From the NCBI GenBank assembly GCA_031425655.1, contig JANPJS010000262.1, forward strand, positions 1 through 29,945: a DNA stretch of 29,945 bases, given 5' to 3'. The stretch comes from Abditibacteriaceae bacterium. Its GTDB lineage: Bacteria > Armatimonadota > Abditibacteriia > Abditibacteriales > Abditibacteriaceae. Numbering within the stretch: the stretch's first letter is position 1; every line of letters starts with the position of its first letter. Below, in pieces: positions 18,589 to 27,644 of the stretch. Both the position numbers and the translations under genes were made by a program. The notes beneath the pieces are model-generated. The model was not told the origin of the DNA and ran no database searches. It worked only from the letters and a program-made list of their open reading frames with translations.

Positions 18589-18962
18589 GACTTCACTTTT
18601 AAGCGGGGATGAGCTGATGCAACAGGTTGGGAAGAGGGAAGTGGCCGGACGAGCACGGACTCGAAATCAGGTGTTCCAGAGGCGTGGTAACGGAGTTCAA
18701 GGCTGTAAAACGACAAAATTCTCGAACCAGAGGCTTCCGATGCGACGCGAAAACCTGTTGTTTCTGGCAGAAAAAACGGCTTAATGCCGGCGATTTGCAG
18801 ATGTTCGGTCTTGGACGCGGATGCGTTGAGGTCAGGCAGCAACGAGCCGATGGAAGCCGCGACCAAGAGCAGTCCGTAACCAGCGGGTTGTAATTGGGGC
18901 AGAGTAGGTGCCTGTATCCAGAGCGAGTTGATCCCGATCTCCCAGTGCACACGCCACGTCAT
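18585..18962 (-). pseudogene. Second, truncated YdjM-like hydrolase paralogue (N-terminal about 65 aa only)
   Basis: MTWRVHWEIGINSLW...GSLLPDLNASASK.EHL mirrors the downstream copy; the HRG and SHLLAD motifs are absent. Confidence 0.75.
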
Positions 18963-19169
18963 GCCGACTCCTTTTCGATTTGCGTCAGGCCAACCGGTGT
19001 TGGGGAACTATTATCGGTTTCCCGGTTCTCATTATCTCGGTCAATTGGGGATGTGGGGCAGAAAACGCGGGTCTTCTCAATCTGGATTTCACCTGTTGGA
19101 GCGTAGTGAATCTCGACAACGAGTGGTTCTAAACTACGGCGCCACGGGCTACCAAACAAAAACCTAACG

Positions 19170-19203
19170 AAAGGCTCGCCAACTAAATGTTGGCGAGCCT
19201 TTT
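19170..19203. terminator. Intrinsic terminator, probably bidirectional
   Basis: AAAGGCTCGCCAAC / GTTGGCGAGCCTTT stem with a T-run on +; lies between the att copy and the convergent GH43 stop. Confidence 0.85.
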
Positions 19204-19225
19204 GTGTTTTTCAATGGTGCATCAC

Positions 19226-20809
19226 TTACGGCTTGGTGGACGAGTTAAGCCTACCGCCCAAACGAAAGTAATCGAAGTCCACGAAACCGCCCGCGTTTTT
19301 GGTGGCGTAATTGAACAGCGCAAAGCGGTAACCCATGAAATGCGGCAGGGTGTAAGCCATTTGTAAAGGCTTTCCGATGGCTGTCCACGTTTGTCCGTCG
19401 AAGCTGTAAAAGAAAGTGGCTTTGTCGGTGCGTTCTTTGAAATCGCACTCTATTTTCAGGAAAACAGTGTCTTGATTCAGCGGCACGCTTTGCAATTCCT
19501 GCGGACTATTCGATTCGGCGCTGACCATGATGAGAGATTTGGCATCTCCCTCCCTCTTAACGCCAACGAAGCCGTATTTTCTCTGCAAAGCACCAAGACC
19601 AGCCACATCGCCGTCTTTCATTTGGCTCACATCAATGGCCACCGCGCCTGAACATTGCGGCCCGAAAGTTCGTTGCGTAAGGCTGTTGCGCGCCGCCAGA
19701 AAATTGCTGTCCACTCGGCCAGTTGTCAAGCGCAAAAAACCGGGACGCTGGGTGAGCGACCAAAAATTGTTGTCGGGATTATGATTCCACTGCCAGACCA
19801 ACGGCAACGCAGCCTCGCCGGGGCGACGCGTGAATTCATCGGACGCTACAATGCCCGGCATCAGGCTTTGATTAGCGGGTAAATTCAGCGTGTCCGGCAT
19901 TTTGCCATTAACTCCCAAGACAGGCCAGCCAGCCTCCCACTCAACCGGCACAAGATAGGGAATGCGGCCCACCGCGCCGTAATCGCGGAACAGATAGGCA
20001 TACCAATCGCCTTGTGGCGTATCAATGAGGCTGCCCTGTGCCACTCCTTTGTCCTGCAAGGCTATGCGGCCTTCGTAAGGCCCGGTGATTTTGTCGGCGC
20101 GATGCACAAGCACGGTTCGCATTCCGCCGCGCGGCCAGACAATGTTGAACAGGTAATATTTGCCGTTGTGCTTGATTAGTTGCGAACCTTCGGCGTTCAG
20201 CCCGATGTTGGGGCCAGCCACCGCGCTGGCGTTGGGAACAACGATCTGGTCGAAACCGCCTTGCTTGATGCCGGATAAATCGGTGTTAAGTTCGGTCAAG
20301 CGCAGGTTGCCGCCGCCATAAAGCATATAGACACGGCCATCGTCGTCGAAAAACAACGAATGGTCGTGCAAGGAAGGCCGAAAGGAGGTTTCTTTCCACG
20401 GGCCTTTTTCGATGTCTTTGGTGCTATAAATGTGCGTCTTGCCAACGGTGCTGGAAAACGTCGTCACATAAAATGTGCCGTTGTGATAACGCAGGCTGCT
20501 GGCCCACGAACCCGCGCCATAAGCCGATTTGCCGTTTTGCAAAGTCAGCGCGTCGTTGTCACCCAAAGTGTCGTAGGCGTAACTCACCAACTCCCAATTC
20601 ACCAAGTCTTTCGACTTCATAATCGGCAAGCCGGGACTCATGTGCATGGTGGTGCTGCTCATGTAATAAGTGTCGCCGACACGAATCATCGCTATATCCG
20701 GCACGTCGGCGTGGATAATGGGATTGAGGGCTTGCTGGGCGTGAGTTGCCGAAGCGGGAAGCAAAGTCGTCATGGCAAGAAGAAGCAAATACAGCAGGAC
20801 ATTTTTCAT
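19226..20809 (-). CDS. Secreted GH43 beta-xylosidase/arabinofuranosidase with C-terminal beta-sandwich
   Basis: Signal peptide MKNVLLYLLLLA; NPIIHADVPD, HDHSLFFDDDG, AEGSQLIKHNG, WQWNHNP. Start at 20809 avoids overlap with the upstream gene. Confidence 0.93.
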   Translation of the reverse strand: MKNVLLYLLLLAMTTLLPASATHAQQALNPIIHADVPDIAMIRVGDTYYMSSTTMHMSPGLPIMKSKDLVNWELVSYAYDTLGDNDALTLQNGKSAYGAGSWASSLRYHNGTFYVTTFSSTVGKTHIYSTKDIEKGPWKETSFRPSLHDHSLFFDDDGRVYMLYGGGNLRLTELNTDLSGIKQGGFDQIVVPNASAVAGPNIGLNAEGSQLIKHNGKYYLFNIVWPRGGMRTVLVHRADKITGPYEGRIALQDKGVAQGSLIDTPQGDWYAYLFRDYGAVGRIPYLVPVEWEAGWPVLGVNGKMPDTLNLPANQSLMPGIVASDEFTRRPGEAALPLVWQWNHNPDNNFWSLTQRPGFLRLTTGRVDSNFLAARNSLTQRTFGPQCSGAVAIDVSQMKDGDVAGLGALQRKYGFVGVKREGDAKSLIMVSAESNSPQELQSVPLNQDTVFLKIECDFKERTDKATFFYSFDGQTWTAIGKPLQMAYTLPHFMGYRFALFNYATKNAGGFVDFDYFRLGGRLNSSTKP

Positions 20810-20820
20810 GGCGCGAATTG

Positions 20821-23800
20821 TTAGCGAAACAGCAGTTGCGAGAAGTTGTAAAGGTCTTGTTTCCACGCGTTGAAATCATGGCCGCCCGGCTGGACGTGCC
20901 AGATGTGCGGCACTTGTTTGTCGGTCAGATAGCGATGCGTGCGCTGGCTGATGAAAAACAGGCCGTCTTTGTCGCCGCACGACAGCCAGAGCAGTTTGAG
21001 TTTCTTTTTCGCTTCTTCGGGATTGGGCAGCAGTTGTTCAGGGCTGCGCGTGTTGGGCGCTGAGGAAAAACCGCCAACCCACGCGAAGGTATCAAGGTGA
21101 GCCAATCCAAAATTCAGCGATTGTCCGCCGCCCATTGAAAGCCCGGCCAAAGCGCGGTTTTCGGTGCCGGTTTTGACCGGATAGTTAGCTTCCATGAACG
21201 GAATGATGTCTTTGAGCAAATCGCCCTCGAATTTCTCGAAGGCCGGGGCCGATGCGAACACGTTGCCAATGGGACGATCATCGGTTTGGGCGCGGCCATT
21301 AGGCATCACCACTATCATCGGTTGAATCTTTTTTGCGCTGTAGAGATTGTCGAGAATCACTTCGGGCGTGCCGCCGTTTTTCCATTCCCATTCGTCGCCG
21401 CCGATGCCATGCAACAAATACAGCACGGGATATTTTTCTTGCGGTGAATATCCCGGTGGCGTGTAAACCTGCATTTTTCGCTTGTTGCCAACGGTTGCAG
21501 AGGAATATTCCACGAGCTTAATCTCGCCATGCGGAACGTCGTCGCGCTTCACATCGAAACCGGCAGGCGCCGGCGGATAGGCTGCTTTGTCATCGGGGCC
21601 GAGAGTAATCGGGCGCGGCGCAATCGGGCCAGCGCCTCTGCCGCCGCGATTATTGGCAGGTGGCGCAGCGGCGTTTTCTTGAAACAGTAGCGGCGCGAAT
21701 TCGCGCAGGCTGCGCCGCCACGTCAGCCATTCGTGCGCGGTGCCGGGCGATTCGTAAAAAACCGTTTTAATACCCGCTTTTTGCACGGCTTCGCGATAAG
21801 TGCGCTGGTTGCTTTGAAAGCGCTCCTCTTCGGCGGTGCCGACGCTGAGAAACATCACGCGCATTTTTTTATTGAAGGCATCGGCATCGGCCATGACGCC
21901 GCCGTAGGCCGTTTTGGTGTCAAAGGCGCCGCCGCCAAAGTTACCGCCGCCACCGCTAAAACCGCCAATCGAAGCGAATAAATCGGTATTGGCCAGGCCG
22001 ATTCGGTAGCTTTGCCCGCCGCCCATCGAAAGCCCGGCCAGCGCGCGATGCTCGCGGCCCTGCAGCGTGCGATAGGTCGCATCAATCATCGGGATGAGGT
22101 CTTTCGTGAAAACTTCGCCCAGCGTGCTGGAATCGCGTGAATTCGCATCCGCCGTTTCGCCAGGTTTCCACGCATAGCCTTTTTCCATCACGATGAGCAT
22201 CGGCTTGGCTTTGCCTTCGGCGAGGAGGTTGTCCATGATGAAACTGACGCGGCCCTGGTTCGACCAACCGCGTTCGTCTTCGCCGGAGCCATGTTGCAAA
22301 TACAGCACGGGATAGCGCGTTTCGCGACTGGCATCATAGCCCGGCGGCGTGTAGACGAAGGTGCGTCGCCATGCCTGTGTGGTTTTGGAAAAATACCAGC
22401 GTTCGCGCACTTCGCCATGCGGCACGTCTTTAGGCGCGTAGAAATCGCCGTCCCTGTCGGGAATTTCGATACCGCTTGCTTGCTTGCCCCAACCATAAAA
22501 GGTTTCGCTCGCCGGGTCGGATACGCGCACGCCATTGACGATCAAAAAATAGTAATGAAAGCCGGGCACTTGCGGCTCAGTGGTCGCCGTCCAATTGCCT
22601 TCGGCGTCGCACACGGCGTCGTAGGTTTTGCCGAGGAGAAACTGCACTTTTTGTGCGTCCGGCGCTTTGACGCGAAGCGTCACGCGCAAGTCGCTTTCCA
22701 CACGCGGAAACTCCTGGCCGCGAACGTTGGTAACCGCAGGCGCTGCCCCCGCAGTTGCCGCTGCCGGAGGTGTCGTGGTGGACGTTGCGGCAGCGTTGAT
22801 GTCGGGTTGGATGCCATCGCCCGCCGCCGCTTTCTGCACTGCGAAAAAAGCGGGTTTGGGTTTGCCCTGACGGTCGAATAAAAGCGGATAATCGGTGCGT
22901 CCGCGAATCGGGAAATTATTCAGCCACGAGCTGCCGTCGTCCACACCCCACAGCGTCACGCGCCCGATTTTGTCCTTGTGGCGCAGGAACAGTTCAAAGG
23001 CCTGGCGGTAACGATCGGCGAGTTTCTGTGATGCGTCGTCCGGCAAGCCGCTGGTGTAAGGATTCATCGTCACGCGCTGTTCGGGCGTCATGGTTTCGCT
23101 TTGTGAAATATCCGCGCCTTGATATTTAGTTGGCAAAACGCCGATGTCGAATTCGGTGATCATCACTTTCAAGCCCAGCGCGGCATATTGCTTGATGGAT
23201 TCTTCCACTTCGGCCAAGTTGGGGTTGTCCATGCGCCAGTGACACTGCATCCCGACGGCGTGAACCGGCACTTTCTGGTCGAGCAGCGATTTAAGCAGTT
23301 GCAGTGTCTTGGGCCGTTTGTAACCCAATTCGTTGTTGTAATCGTTGTAAATGAGAACGGCGGCGGGGTCGGCTTCGTGCGCGGCACGAAAGGCTTCGGC
23401 GATGTAATCGTCGCCGATAGCTGTGAGCCACGGCGAGGGCCGCAAAACGCCGGGGCCATCATTGATGGCTTCGTTCACCACGTCCCACTCCTTGACGCGC
23501 CCTTTATAACGCCCCACCACCGTAGCGATGTGCTTGCGCATCCGCGCTAAGGCCAATTCGCGGTTCGCGGGCTGCCCATTCGGCCCTTCAAAGAACCAAC
23601 GCGGCGTTTGGGAATGCCATATCAGCGTGTGACCAATCGGCGCCGCGCCGTTTTGCTCGGCCAGTTCGACCATACGATCTGCGGCGGCAAAATTGAACTG
23701 TCCTTCGCGCGGCTGCAAAGCATCCGGCTTCATGGCGTTTTCCGCTGTGAAAGCGCTGAAATGCCGCGTCGCTAAGGCCAATTGCCTGCCGCCGTTGCCT

Positions 23801-26001
23801 TGCAGTTCGCCGGAACCAATCGCGGTGCCGATGAGAAATTTACCCTTGAAAGCCTCTTTGAGCGGCGCGGTGTCGGTGTTTTGGGTGTTTTGCGGCGTGG
23901 GATTGGTGTTTATAGCGGGCATGACATTGGGCGCATTTTGCGGATTCACATTGGAAACGGGACGGCTGCCAAGCGGCGCGACAGCGGCCTTGAGTTGCAA
24001 AATGGTAATAGAATTGGGTTCTAAAACTTGCGTGAACGACGGGCCGATGCCGTTGATTTGGCGCGTAACCGGAACGACTTTGGCGGGTTCGGCCATTGAG
24101 TTCGTCGCAAGGGGATCAGCAGCTAAAATTGTGGCTATGCCCGAAGTGGCAACAGAGCGCGCTCCATTCAAATCGAGGCGCAAAGTTTGCGGCGCGTTCT
24201 GGCGATTGACTAATTTGATGAAAATCGTGCCGTTTTTGCTGTCTTGCGTGACGGAAACGGGCATTTGCGCGCCGCTTAATGTGGCGCTCAAAATTCTATC
24301 GCCGACTTTGCTGCCGAACATTTGAATCGCGTAATACGAGGGCGAACCGTAAGCACGCAGAGCATCGTAGCCCATTAAATTGGGTCGCCACTGCCGTCCG
24401 CCGGGATTGACGTTGACGAAGATTGGCGCGTAGCATTGCATGGTTACCAAATCGGAATTGCGCTCCATTGAGGCCATGAACGCGGCATCGCCCAGAGCCG
24501 CTTTCATGCTGGGCGTCGGCGGCAAATCGCGCGAACGGGCATCCCACGGCACGATGTCCTCGAAAGCGGCCCATTCGCCCACAAAAATCTCCGGCCCTTT
24601 GCGAAGGTAGCGCTCGTAATGATTTGGCTCCATGCGGAAAAACTCGTCCGCCAACCGATAATAATGTTCGTCCACCACATCCGGCTGGCGGCTTGTCACC
24701 CATTTGGATTTGGGCTGCTCGAAGCCAACACTGGAAATCAGTTTCAACTTGGGATATTTGGCTTTGATGGCATCGTAAAACTGGGCGAAGCGATTATCGT
24801 AACTCCCCGATTTGTCGAACCAATCTTCGTTGCCGATTTCCACATAAGTCAGCGGAAACGGCTTCGGATGCCCGTCTTTAGCCCGTTGTGCGCCCCATTT
24901 GCTGGTCACCGGGCCAATCACGTATTCGATTTCGTCCAGCGCGTCTTCGATGTAAGGCACCAAATCGGGGCCGGGTTTGACGTAATCGCCGCGCAGGGAA
25001 TAGCCCGCGTAAACGCCCAAAAGTGGCTCCGCACCGATGTCTTCAGCCCACAGCAGAAACTCCATCAGGCCCATGCCATCGCTTGAACGATAACCCCACG
25101 GCCCTTGATGGCCGGGACGATTTTCCAGCGGCCCGATGGTCTTTTTCCACTCGAAACGCTCGGCGATTGTATTGCCTTCGAGATAATTTCCGCCCGGAAA
25201 GCGTAAAAACTTCGGCTTCATGTCTATCATCATCTGCATCAAATCGGGGCGCAGGCCGTTGGGCCTGTTTTTGAAAGTCGGAGGGAAGAGCGACACCAAA
25301 TTCAGCCAAATCGTGCCCGGTTTGTCCGTCCAAATCGTGAAGTAGTTCGCAATGGACGGTGTAACATTGCCAGTCTTGAGCACGATTTCATATTTCTGCC
25401 AATCTGTGCCGATTTTTTTGATGGTGCCGCCAAGGAGCGTCGCATCTTTAGTGTCAATGCTAACGTGCAAGGGGCCAGTGAAACCAGGAGCCGCCTTTGC
25501 ATAGAAGCTGGCGCGATATTCCGATTTTGGCTTGATGGGAATGCCCCAATAGCCATCATTCTGCACGCCGATGCCTTTGCCGGCATCAGTGACTTCCAAC
25601 TTCAAACTGACGGGCAACGCCTCGTTCAACGGTTGAGTGGTATCAAGACTAATGGCACCTTCGCCGCCTTCATTTTTCATCAACGACCAATGAATTGGTG
25701 TTTTCGCGTTATCTTTGAAAGCGCGGTTTTGAATCAGTTCGGCATACAGGCCGCCATCGTAGCTGTGATTGATCTCCTCAGTCATCAATCCATAGTGCAT
25801 CGGGCTGACAGGCGCGACGGCGCTTCGCATATCAATCGTCAGCGACGGGCCGTTCGGCTGCGCTTGCGCGACGAAGGACAATCCCGGCGCCAAAGGCAAA
25901 ACAAAGGCGGCCAAAAGCAGCGACGGCAACCGGTGCCGCGCATTGCGCGGCAAAGAAGTGAAGTGTTTCGAGGTGAAGTTGTTCATGATGAAATAGCTCA
26001 C
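20821..26001 (-). CDS. Secreted multi-catalytic hemicellulase: GH51 arabinofuranosidase + GH10 xylanase + Ig/CBM48-like + CE1 esterase + second CE1 esterase
   Basis: GH51: EEINHSYDGGLYAE, RFPGGN, EIGNEDW, FVGEWA. GH10: ENAMKP, GHTLIWHSQ, WDVVNEA, YNDYN, ITEFD. CE1: YPVLYLQHG...AGLSMGG...AHEW and YPVLYLLHG...AGLSMGG...GHDF. Confidence 0.93.
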   Translation of the reverse strand: MSYFIMNNFTSKHFTSLPRNARHRLPSLLLAAFVLPLAPGLSFVAQAQPNGPSLTIDMRSAVAPVSPMHYGLMTEEINHSYDGGLYAELIQNRAFKDNAKTPIHWSLMKNEGGEGAISLDTTQPLNEALPVSLKLEVTDAGKGIGVQNDGYWGIPIKPKSEYRASFYAKAAPGFTGPLHVSIDTKDATLLGGTIKKIGTDWQKYEIVLKTGNVTPSIANYFTIWTDKPGTIWLNLVSLFPPTFKNRPNGLRPDLMQMMIDMKPKFLRFPGGNYLEGNTIAERFEWKKTIGPLENRPGHQGPWGYRSSDGMGLMEFLLWAEDIGAEPLLGVYAGYSLRGDYVKPGPDLVPYIEDALDEIEYVIGPVTSKWGAQRAKDGHPKPFPLTYVEIGNEDWFDKSGSYDNRFAQFYDAIKAKYPKLKLISSVGFEQPKSKWVTSRQPDVVDEHYYRLADEFFRMEPNHYERYLRKGPEIFVGEWAAFEDIVPWDARSRDLPPTPSMKAALGDAAFMASMERNSDLVTMQCYAPIFVNVNPGGRQWRPNLMGYDALRAYGSPSYYAIQMFGSKVGDRILSATLSGAQMPVSVTQDSKNGTIFIKLVNRQNAPQTLRLDLNGARSVATSGIATILAADPLATNSMAEPAKVVPVTRQINGIGPSFTQVLEPNSITILQLKAAVAPLGSRPVSNVNPQNAPNVMPAINTNPTPQNTQNTDTAPLKEAFKGKFLIGTAIGSGELQGNGGRQLALATRHFSAFTAENAMKPDALQPREGQFNFAAADRMVELAEQNGAAPIGHTLIWHSQTPRWFFEGPNGQPANRELALARMRKHIATVVGRYKGRVKEWDVVNEAINDGPGVLRPSPWLTAIGDDYIAEAFRAAHEADPAAVLIYNDYNNELGYKRPKTLQLLKSLLDQKVPVHAVGMQCHWRMDNPNLAEVEESIKQYAALGLKVMITEFDIGVLPTKYQGADISQSETMTPEQRVTMNPYTSGLPDDASQKLADRYRQAFELFLRHKDKIGRVTLWGVDDGSSWLNNFPIRGRTDYPLLFDRQGKPKPAFFAVQKAAAGDGIQPDINAAATSTTTPPAAATAGAAPAVTNVRGQEFPRVESDLRVTLRVKAPDAQKVQFLLGKTYDAVCDAEGNWTATTEPQVPGFHYYFLIVNGVRVSDPASETFYGWGKQASGIEIPDRDGDFYAPKDVPHGEVRERWYFSKTTQAWRRTFVYTPPGYDASRETRYPVLYLQHGSGEDERGWSNQGRVSFIMDNLLAEGKAKPMLIVMEKGYAWKPGETADANSRDSSTLGEVFTKDLIPMIDATYRTLQGREHRALAGLSMGGGQSYRIGLANTDLFASIGGFSGGGGNFGGGAFDTKTAYGGVMADADAFNKKMRVMFLSVGTAEEERFQSNQRTYREAVQKAGIKTVFYESPGTAHEWLTWRRSLREFAPLLFQENAAAPPANNRGGRGAGPIAPRPITLGPDDKAAYPPAPAGFDVKRDDVPHGEIKLVEYSSATVGNKRKMQVYTPPGYSPQEKYPVLYLLHGIGGDEWEWKNGGTPEVILDNLYSAKKIQPMIVVMPNGRAQTDDRPIGNVFASAPAFEKFEGDLLKDIIPFMEANYPVKTGTENRALAGLSMGGGQSLNFGLAHLDTFAWVGGFSSAPNTRSPEQLLPNPEEAKKKLKLLWLSCGDKDGLFFISQRTHRYLTDKQVPHIWHVQPGGHDFNAWKQDLYNFSQLLFR

Positions 26002-26028
26002 AGTGTTGGATGCGGCGTTGTAATTCTC

Positions 26029-27090
26029 TCAATGCGGCGCGGGGCCGGTGGATTGTCGCGCTACAAAATGCGATGGCACCCGGTGCGTGGTCGGAGCGGG
26101 TGAAAACTCTTCTTCCATACGATGACAAAGTTGGCGCACCGCCATGCGCCCCAGCGCATCCCACGGCGACTGCACTGTGGAAAGAGGAGGCCTGAAGAAG
26201 CGAGAAGCGCTCAAGTCGGAAAAACCTACGACGGAAATATCTTCGGGCACACGCACCCCAGCCTCGACACAAGCGCGAATCGCCACCATCGCCGTTTCAT
26301 CGCGCCAGCAACAAATGGCCGTGGGACGGCCTTCACCAAGTGATAGCAGTGCTTGTGTCGCTGCTATGGCCGAGCCAAGATTCGCTTCGGTATCCACTTC
26401 CGGCCCAAAAACAGCCATCGTTTCGCGGGTGACGTAGCTGGCTGGAACGCTGAGGCCGTGCTTTTTCATCGCACGGCTAAATAGTCGCTCGCGCGCGGTT
26501 CCAATGTCGTCTTGGCCCCCGAAAAGCTGAGGAAAACCGCTGGAAATAAAGCCAACGCGCTGATGCCCCCAATTTACAAGGTGCTTTATTGCTGCATCCA
26601 GTCCGATGGCGTCGTCGGCCAGCACCGTGGCGCCAAAAGGCTGGGCAACGCCCGCATCAACGATGGCAAGGGGAATCTGCGCGCGGTTGGTTTCCTCAAA
26701 AACCACCTGATGACCACCGATAAGGCTGGCGACGATACCACCTAAGCGCAGCTCCACGCACTGGCGCACGCGCTCGACGAAAGTCTCACGCGTGACCGAG
26801 AACACTTTCAGCGTGAAACCCAACTCTTCCGCTTCGGCCAATGCGCCCATGATGGTTTTCCACGACGGCTCGTAATTCGGCTCCGAAACCAGGTAGCCGA
26901 TCATGCGCGTTTTGCCCGATGCCACCGCACGGGCCAATTGATTAGGGCGATAGCCCATCTCTATGGCCGCTTCGATAATGCGTTGGCGCGTGCCTTCTGG
27001 AATGCCGCTGTTCGGGCGGTTGTTGAGAACAAACGAAACCGCCGAACGAGAAACCCCGGCCTTCTCGGCAATATCGGTCATGGTGATCAT
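26029..27090 (-). CDS. LacI-family transcriptional regulator
   Basis: ITMTDIAEKAGVSRSAVSFVLN HTH, YRPNQLAR hinge, VPEDISVVGFSD, PPLSTV. Confidence 0.97.
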   Translation of the reverse strand: MITMTDIAEKAGVSRSAVSFVLNNRPNSGIPEGTRQRIIEAAIEMGYRPNQLARAVASGKTRMIGYLVSEPNYEPSWKTIMGALAEAEELGFTLKVFSVTRETFVERVRQCVELRLGGIVASLIGGHQVVFEETNRAQIPLAIVDAGVAQPFGATVLADDAIGLDAAIKHLVNWGHQRVGFISSGFPQLFGGQDDIGTARERLFSRAMKKHGLSVPASYVTRETMAVFGPEVDTEANLGSAIAATQALLSLGEGRPTAICCWRDETAMVAIRACVEAGVRVPEDISVVGFSDLSASRFFRPPLSTVQSPWDALGRMAVRQLCHRMEEEFSPAPTTHRVPSHFVARQSTGPAPH

Positions 27091-27099
27091 AGTTGCCTC

Positions 27100-27128
27100 A
27101 TTTTAACCTGCTAACGCGCGTTAGTAAA
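27100..27128 (-). promoter_or_regulatory. Promoter of the lacI-type gene (TTTACT-17-TAAAAT) overlapping a palindromic operator CTAACGCGCGTTAG (27111-27124)
   Basis: Perfect 14-bp palindrome with central CG, typical of LacI operators, sitting in the -35/-10 spacer. Confidence 0.75.
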
Positions 27129-27491
27129 TTGATGATTCGCAAGTATTCGCCAAAACACGACGAACTGCAACTTTGAATGACAAACCGCTGCGATCTTTCT
27201 TTGGGATCGAGTGAATTGGGCTTCACAGAAACGTGGTGTTTGCACGCTGGAAGAGCTTGGCCTGTGTTTACCTCGGTTTTGCGTTTGGGAAATTGAGTTC
27301 GAGCATGAAACGAACTGTTCCTGTGGCTGTCGGAGTTAAAGCGAAAATTCTCGTCTGCTCCAGCAGGTTTGCCAATGGCGCAACAACACCCCAAACACTT
27401 TCTTGAAGAGTCTATCCATTGGCTGGATTACCGTTTAGACTTCTGGGACTTGACGCAGGGCAATCGCATTAGGATTTTTGGGGGGCTTTAG

Positions 27492-27618
27492 CCGCCCGGC
27501 CCTAAAAGGCCGGGCGGAAATAACAAGCCTCTTAGAGGCGGGTTGTAGCCTTGTCTCCGGGGTCCTGCTCAGCCCCGAAGGGGCTTCGCGTTTCAGCCCG
27601 GCCATTTATGGCCGGGCG
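27492..27618. repeat. REP-doublet-like element (GCCCGGCC-N-GGCCGGGC palindromes plus AGCCCCGAAGGGGCT)
   Basis: Palindromes at about 27492-27517 and 27596-27618 with internal short hairpins. Confidence 0.75.
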
Positions 27619-27644
27619 ACTTGCTTGACGTTGAATAATTTAAA

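Larger units (their letters stand above)
7056..19156. mobile_element. Putative tRNA-Glu-anchored genomic island (about 12.1 kb) without a visible integrase
   Basis: Direct repeat ACGGGCTACCAAA at 7056-7068 (tRNA 3' end) and 19144-19156; accessory cargo, pseudogenes at both ends, terminator just after the distal copy. Confidence 0.7.

Noticed and set aside
27098..27394. 98-aa ORF upstream of the LacI gene
   Set aside because: No motif, atypical composition, and it overlaps the promoter/operator.
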